A stretch of DNA of 64,000 nt from the NCBI GenBank assembly GCA_965203175.1, contig OZ241867.1, forward strand, positions 4,480,001-4,544,000, written 5' to 3'. The position numbers were made by a program, and so were the translations under genes. The DNA is from Candidatus Latescibacterota bacterium (GTDB lineage: Bacteria; Latescibacterota; UBA2968; UBA8231). The notes beneath the pieces were generated by a model. That model had not been told where the DNA came from. It did not search any database and saw only the letters and a list, made by a program, of their open reading frames with translations. The first letter of the stretch is position 1, and every line of letters begins with the position of its first letter. Shown one piece after another: positions 9,203-17,263 of the stretch.

Positions 9203-9631
9203 TCAGAAGTTCAAGTCGGCCAAGAGCACGGTCCAGGGCAGGGAGGCGACTTTGCGGTACAGGTCGCCGTCGCTGGTCACGGCTTGGCAGCGGAGATGGG
9301 CACCTAAGGCGATGAAGCCGGCGGCGTACATGCTGATGGAATGCTCAAAGGCGATTTGCGTTGCTCTGCGGATAATTTCGGCGTTGTAGGGCACAATATC
9401 CAAGTGCATGTACGCCAAGCTGGCCAAGGCGTCGTCGATATGCGTGCGATCGAATTGTTGACTTTCCTTGAGGACGTGGGCTAACTCGTATATTGATTGG
9501 TCGAGCACGGTTAGCTCGACCCGTTCCGCTAGCTGCTCCTGGCGAAGTTCAAGGGCCTTGTGGGCATCCACGTCGTGCGCTGGAGAAAACCACCGCAGCA
9601 TAACGGAGGTATCTAGCGCGTAGCGAATCAC
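9203..9631 (-). CDS. vapC: PIN-domain VapC-family toxin
   Basis: YALDTSV, YELAH, VTSD; GTG start overlaps antitoxin TGA (GTGA). Confidence 0.8.
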   Translation of the reverse strand: MIRYALDTSVMLRWFSPAHDVDAHKALELRQEQLAERVELTVLDQSIYELAHVLKESQQFDRTHIDDALASLAYMHLDIVPYNAEIIRRATQIAFEHSISMYAAGFIALGAHLRCQAVTSDGDLYRKVASLPWTVLLADLNF

Positions 9632-9885
9632 TGCTCTTGCCGTTCCGCGCGCAGAAGCTGGAGCGGATCCCAAGGCAGGGCCTTTTTGCGCAGGCTGTCT
9701 TGGAGCGTCATTCCGTGTTCAATAGCCGCCTGCTTCCGCTGGTACTCGTATGTTGCGTCCCTTTGTTGGCAGTACGCCATAAAGGCCAACCGCAGGAGTT
9801 TGCTGCGGCTTACGCCCTCTTGCTGCGCAACTTGATCAATGCGTTCGAGCAAATCGTCCGGCAACATGATATTTACGCGCGCCAT
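9628..9885 (-). CDS. ribbon-helix-helix (CopG) antitoxin
   Basis: MARVNIMLPDDLLERIDQVAQQEGVSRSKLLR; AAGGAG SD before ATG 9885; upstream of PIN gene. Confidence 0.82.
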   Translation of the reverse strand: MARVNIMLPDDLLERIDQVAQQEGVSRSKLLRLAFMAYCQQRDATYEYQRKQAAIEHGMTLQDSLRKKALPWDPLQLLRAERQEQ

Positions 9886-9926
9886 AAGCTCCTTTCTTTC
9901 GTCTGGCAAGTGGGTGTAAAACGGCC

Positions 9927-9955
9927 AAGTTAGTTTTGCACCAACAGACTGTCAA
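9927..9955 (-). promoter_or_regulatory. sigma70-type promoter of TA operon
   Basis: Minus strand TTGACA-17 nt-TAACTT. Confidence 0.55.
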
Positions 9956-10012
9956 GGAGGCCCACTTGCCTTAGTTTGGGTCGGTCTTTAATGTTACAAT
10001 CGGGATTAGAAC

Positions 10013-10963
10013 ATGAAAAATTACCTAAAAATATTGTCGGGTTCGAGCAATCCAGCACTGGCTCAGGAAATATGTGATTACTTGGCCATGGTGCCCGCTC
10101 GCCGTCAGATCATCCGCGAGCCCAACGACAATATAAAGGTTAAAATAGAGGAGAATGTGCGCGAAGACGACGTCTTTGTCATCCAGACGTCAGCCTCTCC
10201 GGTCAATCATCACTTTGTTGAGCTTTTGTTGCTGATTGACGCGCTCAAGTATGCTTCGGCGCGTCGGATTACGGCCGTATTGCCCTATTATCCTTATGTG
10301 CGCGCCGACAAAAAGGACGAACCCCGCATTTCTATTACCGCTCGTCTCGTTGCCGACCTGCTCCAAACAGCCGGGGCCGACCGAATCTTGACCATCACTT
10401 TGCACAGCCCGCAAATCGTGGCGTTCTCGCGCATTCCAGTTGACCAATTGTGGGCGACGAGCCTGCTGTGCAATTTTATGCGCATGAAAGACATCAGCAA
10501 CGCCGTGGTGGTGTCGCCCGATGTGGGGAGTGCCGATGAAGCCAGCGCATATGCGCATCGGCTCGGCTTGCCGCTGGCCATTATGGATAAACGCCGCTAC
10601 GCAGACGACGAAAAAGTCGAAATCAAAAATATGATCGGCGAGGTTGATGGCCGCGACGCCTTGCTCTTCGACGAGGAGGTGCTGACGGGAGGGTCCATGA
10701 TGGAGTCAATACGGGTCCTTAAAGAAAGAGGCGCACGTCGAATACTGGCCGGTTGCACGCATGGCGTTTTTTCCGGGCAAGCCCTAGAGAGGATTGAAGC
10801 CTCCTCAGTGGAAGTATTCGCCACCACGAATACCATCCCATTGCCCGAGGGCAAGCCGAGGAGCAAAATCGCCGTACTAAGCGTCGCTCGGTTGTTGGGG
10901 GATGCGATCAAAGCCATTCACCACGGCGAATCCGTGAGCCGCCTGATTGAGTGGGAGGGCTAG
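10013..10963 (+). CDS. prs: ribose-phosphate pyrophosphokinase (copy 1)
   Basis: ENVREDDVF, PYYPYVRADKK, LHSPQI, VSPDVG, DKRR, THGVFS. Confidence 0.92.
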   Translation: MKNYLKILSGSSNPALAQEICDYLAMVPARRQIIREPNDNIKVKIEENVREDDVFVIQTSASPVNHHFVELLLLIDALKYASARRITAVLPYYPYVRADKKDEPRISITARLVADLLQTAGADRILTITLHSPQIVAFSRIPVDQLWATSLLCNFMRMKDISNAVVVSPDVGSADEASAYAHRLGLPLAIMDKRRYADDEKVEIKNMIGEVDGRDALLFDEEVLTGGSMMESIRVLKERGARRILAGCTHGVFSGQALERIEASSVEVFATTNTIPLPEGKPRSKIAVLSVARLLGDAIKAIHHGESVSRLIEWEG

Positions 10964-10966
10964 GTA

Positions 10967-11128
10967 ATGCCAAGTAAACTGAGTATTTTCTTTGAGTTAT
11001 GGGATTTTATGAAGGTGCGCAAAAAGTGGTGGTTGGGGCCGATATTTGCCACTTTGATCCTGTTAGGGCTGTTAATTGTCACAACCCAAGGATCAGCAGT
11101 AGCCCCGTTTATTTACGCCCTGTTTTAA
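10967..11128 (+). CDS. DUF5989-family small membrane protein, 53 aa; not in ORF track
   Basis: MPSKLSIFFELWDFMKVRKKWWLGPIFATLILLGLLIVTTQGSAVAPFIYALF*. Confidence 0.85.
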   Translation: MPSKLSIFFELWDFMKVRKKWWLGPIFATLILLGLLIVTTQGSAVAPFIYALF

Positions 11129-11154
11129 GTCTTATAACATATAATATGTAAAAT
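11127..11154 (+). repeat. dif-like site A
   Basis: AAGTCTTATAA-CATATA-ATATGTAAAAT; left arm identical to sites B/C. Confidence 0.7.
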
Positions 11155-11665
11155 GAATATAAAAGAACTCATCCGCGAAGTCCCCAATTTCCCGCAAGAC
11201 GGCATTTTGTATAAAGACATCACGCCGCTGCTCAAGGACCCCGCTGGTTTATCCGCTGCGGTCCAAATTATGCTCAAACCCTTTGCGGACTCCGAAGTAG
11301 ACGTCGTCGTCGGCATAGAAGCCCGCGGCTTTGTCTTTGCGACACCCATGGCCCTCGAGTTAGGATGCGGTTTTGTGCCGGTGCGCAAACCGGGTAAGCT
11401 ACCGGCGGCCACGCTGCGCCGCGAATACGCACTCGAATACGGCGAGACCTCTCTGGAAATCCATACCGATGCCATCGCGCCGGGGCAGAAGGTCTTGGTC
11501 GTGGATGACGTTTTGGCCACCGGTGGAACCTTGGTGGCGACGTGTCAAACGCTTGAAGAGTTGGGAGCGGTTGTCGTGGGCATCAGCGTTTTGGCCGAGT
11601 TGAGCTTTTTGTCGGGCCGCCGCCTCTTGCACGGGTACAAATTGGCAAGTGCTATCGTCTATTAA
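11153..11665 (+). CDS. apt: adenine phosphoribosyltransferase
   Basis: GILYKDITPLL, GIEARGF, RKPGKLP, LEYG, VDDVLATGGT. Confidence 0.96.
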   Translation: MNIKELIREVPNFPQDGILYKDITPLLKDPAGLSAAVQIMLKPFADSEVDVVVGIEARGFVFATPMALELGCGFVPVRKPGKLPAATLRREYALEYGETSLEIHTDAIAPGQKVLVVDDVLATGGTLVATCQTLEELGAVVVGISVLAELSFLSGRRLLHGYKLASAIVY

Positions 11666-11702
11666 AACCTGAACCTAAAACCAGGGGGAAGCAATACCTT
11701 TC

Positions 11703-12371
11703 ATGTCGAGTGAACGCCGTAGACTGAGCAAGAGCGAACTCCGCGAAGATGAGTTCGTCGAATGGATCATGGAGGCAGTCGAGTACGTCAAAGAGCGCGC
11801 TCGCCTCTTTGGCGGTGGAGCCGTCGCTGTGATCGCGGTCATTATGGCCATCAATTATTTCATCGAGTCCAAAGAGGCCGATAGACTCAAAGCCGCCGCG
11901 CTACTCGGCGATGTGCTGATGGTCGAGCAGGGCGGCGAGCCAACCGAGGCGATCCGCTATGCCGAGGAACTGGTATCCTCTTATGCCGGGACCACAGCTG
12001 CAGCCCAAGGGATCGTACTTTTGGCTAATCTCCACTACTCACAGGGCCGCTATGGCGAGGCTCGAGGTTACTACCAGAGCTACTTGGACAACTATGAGCC
12101 TGTAGATGTGCTGGTCCACGCGGCCCAGAGCGGTCTCGGTGCCTGTCTCGAAGCTGAAGGGCAGCTCCTAGCCGCGGCCCAGCACTACGAAACCTATGCG
12201 GCCCAGCAGGCGGGGACCATCCGCGAGGCCATGGCGCGGATGGAAGCCGCCCGCATATATGGGTTGGCCGGCGAGAGCGACAAGCAACAGGCCCTACTCA
12301 AACAAGTCAGTCGCACATTCGCCCAGTACCCGATTGCCGCTCAAGCCCGCGCTGCACTAGCCATGTTCTAA
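11703..12371 (+). CDS. membrane-anchored TPR protein (YfgM-like)
   Basis: KSELREDEF, single TM, TPR-like helices. Confidence 0.75.
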   Translation: MSSERRRLSKSELREDEFVEWIMEAVEYVKERARLFGGGAVAVIAVIMAINYFIESKEADRLKAAALLGDVLMVEQGGEPTEAIRYAEELVSSYAGTTAAAQGIVLLANLHYSQGRYGEARGYYQSYLDNYEPVDVLVHAAQSGLGACLEAEGQLLAAAQHYETYAAQQAGTIREAMARMEAARIYGLAGESDKQQALLKQVSRTFAQYPIAAQARAALAMF

Positions 12372-12379
12372 GGGGGCTA

Positions 12380-13305
12380 TTGATGGGCAGTACAGATCTC
12401 AAAGTTTTCGCTGGGCGAAGCAACCCCGCACTGGCAGCAGGCATTTACCAGTCGCTGGCCATTGAGCCAGGACACATCGAATTTATCGACTTTAGCAACG
12501 AAAATATAAAGGTAAAGATCTGCGAAAATGTACGCGGCCACGATGTGTTCTTTATTCAAACCTCGTGTCCTCCCGTCAGCGACTACTTGATGGAGCTGCT
12601 CATAGCTCTCGACGCCCTAAAATACGCCTCGGCCGGCCGCATCACCGCCGTTCTGCCTTACTATCCGTATGCTCTGGCCGACAGCAAGGACGAACCAAGG
12701 ATTTCCGTGGCGGGTCGTCTGGTGGCGGATCTAATCGCTGAAGCGGGGGCGGACCGCATTCTCACCATGACCTTACATAGCCCTCAGACTATGGGCTTTA
12801 GCCGGATCCCAGTTGATCAACTCAGCGGCGTCCCGGCGATATGTGCTTATTACGCTGACCTCGACCGAGACAACTTAGTCGCTGCCGCTCCGGACATCAG
12901 TCGCGCCAAGGTCACCGAAACCTATGCCCAGCGGTTGGGGTTGCCCCTTGTAGTCGTTGATCAGGGTGCCGGGGAAAACAGGGTCATTGGCGACGTAGCC
13001 GGCCGAGATGTCGTATCTTCGACGACGCGATCATTACCGGCACTTCCATCCTCAGGGGGGCTGCTGCGGTTAAAGAGCGCGGAGGGCGCAAAATCTACGC
13101 TGGTTGCGTTCACGGCACCCTCACCAAGGAAACGCTAGCGAGGTTGGATCAGTCCAGCCTGCAGGCGCTCGCCATTACCGATACGATTCCCTTGCCAGCG
13201 GACGCTAGCACTCCCATGATGCAGGTGTGCTCCGTGGCCCCTCTCTTTGCCCGTGCTATCCGCGCTATCCACGAAGAAACGTCTATTAGTGCGCTATTCA
13301 ACTGA
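12380..13305 (+). pseudogene. prs: second prs paralogue with 1-nt frameshift at ~13014
   Basis: Prs homology to GRDVV, then continues in the -1 frame from 13015: IFDDAIITGTS...GCVHG...ITDTIP...AIRAIHEETSISALFN*. Confidence 0.85.
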
Positions 13306-13317
13306 GGCGAAGCCGTT

Positions 13318-14040
13318 TTGAAGATCGCAGTACTAGCCGATATCCACGCCAATCTCGAAGCACTAGAGGCCGTGTTGATCGCCGCGACTAACGCTGGTGC
13401 CGAGCGCATCCTCTGCCTAGGGGACATTGTGGGATACGGGCCCGATCCCTTGGGCTGTATCTATCGGCTCAAGGAGGTAGAAGCGCAGATCGTACTGGGC
13501 AATCACGACCAAGCCGTGCTGGAGCCGGCGCGCATCCAGTCTTTTAACCTGTTGGCCCGTCCCTCATTGTACCAAGCACACGAGTTACTGGGAGAGGAAG
13601 AACGGGACTTTCTACAGCAGGGGGTCTTGCGACGCGTGGAACGCGATGCGGCCCTGTCCCATGCCAATCCCCTCAAGCCCGAAGAGTGGGAACCCCTCCT
13701 CATGTACGATCGCGTCGCTTGGTGCATGAGCCATCTCAAGTGGCCATTGGCTTTTGTCGGCCACACACACGAATCGCGCATCTACTGCAAGATGCGCGAT
13801 AAGCCCGTGCCGCTGACTTCGGCTAGGGCCGCCATAGGAGAGCACCGGTATTTGGTTTCTGTCGGCAGTGTCGGCCAACCCCGCGACGGCGACTGGCGGT
13901 CGGCGTACACCCTGTGGGATACCGACGAACAATGGGTTGAACTCCAACGAGTCGAATACCCGTTTAAGCTGACCCAGCAAAAGATCGAAAACCTCGGCTA
14001 CCCCAACTATTTAGCTGAACGCCTCGCCAAAGGGGAGTAG
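13318..14040 (+). CDS. metallophosphoesterase family protein
   Basis: ADIHAN, LGDIVGYG, GNHD, GHTH, GSVGQPRD. Confidence 0.92.
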   Translation: MKIAVLADIHANLEALEAVLIAATNAGAERILCLGDIVGYGPDPLGCIYRLKEVEAQIVLGNHDQAVLEPARIQSFNLLARPSLYQAHELLGEEERDFLQQGVLRRVERDAALSHANPLKPEEWEPLLMYDRVAWCMSHLKWPLAFVGHTHESRIYCKMRDKPVPLTSARAAIGEHRYLVSVGSVGQPRDGDWRSAYTLWDTDEQWVELQRVEYPFKLTQQKIENLGYPNYLAERLAKGE

Positions 14041-14055
14041 GTAGGGCGGGCACTC

Positions 14056-14961
14056 ATGCAGGGCCGCATTATCAGAGTCTCTGGGCTACAGTGCCTCGTC
14101 GAGGTCGAGCAAAGCCACTGGAAATGCGAGATTCGGGGTCGTCTCAAGTCTGGGCGTCGCAAGACTAGTTCCCCGGTCGTTGCTGGCGATTGGGTCGATG
14201 TCGTACCTACGGCGGAACGGACTGGAGTCATCGAAACGGTACATCCCCGATCCTCTAAATTTTCGCGTGGGGCCAGTGGAGCACGTCCGTTTGAGCAAAT
14301 TCTCTTTGTCAATATGGAGCAATTGGTCGTCGTTGTGGCCGCTTGCCAACCCAAGCCCCGTCGCGGCTTTATTGACAGAACGATTGTCATGGCGATAAAG
14401 GGGAATCTCCAGCCGGTGGTATGTATCAACAAGGTCGATTTAGCCTCCGAAGAAGCCGTGGACTCCCTAACTGCCCCTTATGAGGCCCTCGGTTATCCAA
14501 TTTATCGCACCAGTGCCCTGCGAGGCGACGGCATGGGAATGTTCAAAGAAGCCCTGATCAATCGCAGCACGGCCGTGGTCGGCCAATCTGGGGTCGGCAA
14601 ATCGACCTTGCTCAACGGTATCGAACCAGGGTTGGGACTAAAGACAAAGGAAATAATGAAGCACCACGACCGGGGCCGGCACACGACCACGACCGTGCAT
14701 TTATTCAAGTTGCGAGAGGGCGGCTATGTGGTCGATACTCCAGGAGTTAAAAAACTCCGCTTATGGGGGGTAAAACCTGCTGAGCTAGCGACGTATTATC
14801 CCGAGCTAGAACCTTTGCGTGGCCAATGCCAATTCGGCGATTGCAGCCACTTGCACGAACCCGGCTGTGCGGTCCGCGCAGCCGTAGCGACCGGTCGCAT
14901 AGCGTCGGCGCGCTACGAAGGATATCGGCGTATTTTTGCGAGCTTGAGTGGGGATGAATGA
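14056..14961 (+). CDS. rsgA: ribosome small subunit-dependent GTPase A
   Basis: NKVD, GQSGVGKSTL, GRHTTT, DTPG, CQFGDCSHLHEPGC. Confidence 0.96.
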   Translation: MQGRIIRVSGLQCLVEVEQSHWKCEIRGRLKSGRRKTSSPVVAGDWVDVVPTAERTGVIETVHPRSSKFSRGASGARPFEQILFVNMEQLVVVVAACQPKPRRGFIDRTIVMAIKGNLQPVVCINKVDLASEEAVDSLTAPYEALGYPIYRTSALRGDGMGMFKEALINRSTAVVGQSGVGKSTLLNGIEPGLGLKTKEIMKHHDRGRHTTTTVHLFKLREGGYVVDTPGVKKLRLWGVKPAELATYYPELEPLRGQCQFGDCSHLHEPGCAVRAAVATGRIASARYEGYRRIFASLSGDE

Positions 14962-15895
14962 ACTGACTATTAAGGATCTGCTAGCTACCTACGGGCAGCA
15001 ACTACGGCTGAAGCTCATCGCCGGTTCCGAAGGGGTACAGCGGACCATCAACAACAGCGACATCCACCGTCCTGGCCTAGCCCTGACGGGCTTCGTCGAG
15101 CTGTTTACCTTGGATCAAGTACAGCTCTTGGGCAATACCGAAGCGGAGTATCTGCGCAGCTTACCCCCAGACCGACGGCGGCAGGCCCTCAAAATCATAT
15201 ACCAATTCGATATTCCATGCGTGGTCTTGACCGGTAGGGGACGGGTGTACTCTGAGTTGCGGGAGCTAGCCGATGAGTGCGCGGTCCCACTGCTGAAGTC
15301 TGGATTCAACACGGCCGAGTTTACCCATCTCATCCGCTTTTACCTCGACGAGGTGTTCTCGCCCCAAGTGTCCATGCATGGTACGTTGGTCGATGTCTCT
15401 GGAGTAGGGTTACTTTTTCGCGGCCGCAGTGGTATTGGCAAAAGCGAAGTCGCCTTGGATTTGGTCGAGCGCGGGCATCGGTTGGTGGCCGACGATGTGG
15501 TCATCATTAACCGCAAGCCCCAAGGCATTTTGGTGGGGTGTAGCTCGGAGATGCTCCAAGATCACATCGAAATTCGCGGCATCGGCATCCTAGACGTAAA
15601 AAAGATGTTTGGCGCGTGGAGGACTCGGCGGCAGAAGCGGGTGGAGGTATTGGTCAACCTCGTCGATTGGGACGAAAAATATGCCTACGAACGCCTTGGC
15701 CTCGAAGATAATAAAGTGGTAATCCTCGGTGTCGAGGTGCCCGAGGTCTTCATACCGCTATTTCCCGGTAAAAATATCACGGTACTCGCCGAGGCTATAG
15801 CGATAGATTATCTCTTGCGCTTGGACGGGGATTACGCGGCACGGACATTTAGCCAGCGGCTCCAGGAGCGAATTAAGATGGGCAAAAAACCATGA
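14954..15895 (+). CDS. hprK: HPr kinase/phosphorylase
   Basis: RPGLALTG, HGTLVDV, GRSGIGKSE, RGHRLVADD, EIRGIGI. Confidence 0.95.
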   Translation: MNELTIKDLLATYGQQLRLKLIAGSEGVQRTINNSDIHRPGLALTGFVELFTLDQVQLLGNTEAEYLRSLPPDRRRQALKIIYQFDIPCVVLTGRGRVYSELRELADECAVPLLKSGFNTAEFTHLIRFYLDEVFSPQVSMHGTLVDVSGVGLLFRGRSGIGKSEVALDLVERGHRLVADDVVIINRKPQGILVGCSSEMLQDHIEIRGIGILDVKKMFGAWRTRRQKRVEVLVNLVDWDEKYAYERLGLEDNKVVILGVEVPEVFIPLFPGKNITVLAEAIAIDYLLRLDGDYAARTFSQRLQERIKMGKKP

Positions 15896-16692
15896 TGACG
15901 CTTGGCGTAGCAGGCCATGCCCTCGAGGTAGCCGTGCATCAGGATGCTTTGCAAAGCTGCGGCGATATTCAGTTCGTGCACCAATCTGATTGCGCTGCGG
16001 TCTTGGAAGAAAAAATAGACGGCCTGGTGATATTGCACGTGGAAGACAAATCGCATTGGATAGGAGCGGCCGTGGCAGCCGGTCTTCACGTCATGGCCTC
16101 CCATCCCGTCCAGGAGCCGTTTGCAAACAGCCATCCCAATGTGTGCGTGCTTTCACTGGGGAGGCATACGCACTTTTGCACAGCTTTGACCGCTCAGCAA
16201 GGGGTAGCGCATTACTCTCTAGAGCTTTCTTTTGCTTCGGCTCTATTCGATCCCATCAACCGCGATATGATCTACAACCAGGCGGCCTTGGACATATGCG
16301 ACCTGTTGCTGAGCACTTGGGGACGGGTAGATATGCTGTACAGCAGGATGCGCAACTTTTTTCACCCTGGGCGCATGGAGGACGTGTCGATTGCGCTACT
16401 GAGGATGCGCAACGGAGTCGAAGGCTCGGTTTCATTCATGGACTTTCCGGCTGTGGCTCCGGCTTTGCGAGTCCGCTTGTATGCACAGGACGAAATGGTC
16501 GATACGTCTTGGCCTTGGGTGTGGGAAGCGGACGATCTGGCGGCGTATTATCGCAATTTTGTCGCCTGTATCCAAGGACGAGCCCAACCGCTGTTGGATT
16601 TGGCACAGGTCGCTGAAAGCTATCGTCTCTTGGAATGGATGCGCATGTCGGCGAGGCAAGATATGGTTTTAAATCGCAAGCAAGTAAAATAA
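15892..16692 (+). CDS. hypothetical protein, divergent Gfo/Idh/MocA-like
   Basis: AVAAGLHV, EDVSIALLRMRNGVEGSV, FVACIQG resemble the Gfo/Idh/MocA layout, but GxG and EKP motifs are absent. Confidence 0.55.
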   Translation: MMTLGVAGHALEVAVHQDALQSCGDIQFVHQSDCAAVLEEKIDGLVILHVEDKSHWIGAAVAAGLHVMASHPVQEPFANSHPNVCVLSLGRHTHFCTALTAQQGVAHYSLELSFASALFDPINRDMIYNQAALDICDLLLSTWGRVDMLYSRMRNFFHPGRMEDVSIALLRMRNGVEGSVSFMDFPAVAPALRVRLYAQDEMVDTSWPWVWEADDLAAYYRNFVACIQGRAQPLLDLAQVAESYRLLEWMRMSARQDMVLNRKQVK

Positions 16693-16693
16693 A

Positions 16694-16721
16694 AAGTCTT
16701 ATAAAATATTTTATGTAAACA
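16694..16721 (+). repeat. dif-like site B (left copy of 34-bp inverted repeat 16692-16725)
   Basis: AAGTCTTATAA-AATATT-TTATGTAAACA; right arm 10/11 to the B. subtilis dif arm TTATGTAAACT. Confidence 0.85.
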
Positions 16722-16732
16722 AAAAATCTATA

Positions 16733-17257
16733 ATGAATACACCATCCTCACCACCTACATACTTCGCTCTTGGGTTGGCAAGCTTCTTGTTAGCAATTGT
16801 GTTATTGTTCAACATGCTCAGTCCTATGGCTGTGCCAGTTACCAGAGAGCAGTTCGATCAGATAAAAGAGGCCGATCTCATCGAGTCTCTGATTGTGCAA
16901 CCCCGAGGATTTACTTGGCAACTCAAAAGGGCCGTGAGAGTCCAGGGGACCAACGGCGAGACACTAGCCAAGCGGGTCGCGCTAGTAGAGCCAGACCCAG
17001 CCGTAGGCGAAGATTGGCAACAAAAGGGAGGAGCGGTGCGCCACGAGCAAGATAACTCGTGGTGGGGTGGGGCAGTCTTCATCGCCTTGTTACTCGGCGT
17101 GGGGGGATGGCATATCTGGTCCCAAATACGGTTAGATCTCAAAGGGGGAGGGGGGCCGCGCCGCCGCTTGCGCGACCTGGAAACCGCGCTTAAACAAGGC
17201 AAAATTACCCAAGCCGAATTCCGGCAGCAGGCCGAGCGGCTCTGGGCCGAATTGTGA
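16733..17257 (+). CDS. two-TM membrane protein (FtsH-extracellular-like N-terminus, SHOCT-like C-terminus)
   Basis: Two hydrophobic helices; tail LRDLETALKQGKITQAEFRQQAERL. Confidence 0.65.
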   Translation: MNTPSSPPTYFALGLASFLLAIVLLFNMLSPMAVPVTREQFDQIKEADLIESLIVQPRGFTWQLKRAVRVQGTNGETLAKRVALVEPDPAVGEDWQQKGGAVRHEQDNSWWGGAVFIALLLGVGGWHIWSQIRLDLKGGGGPRRRLRDLETALKQGKITQAEFRQQAERLWAEL

Positions 17258-17263
17258 GGAGCT

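Noticed and set aside
13005-13025. Programmed -1 frameshift in the second prs
   Set aside because: No slippery heptamer or homopolymer at the junction; a simple deletion or error is more likely
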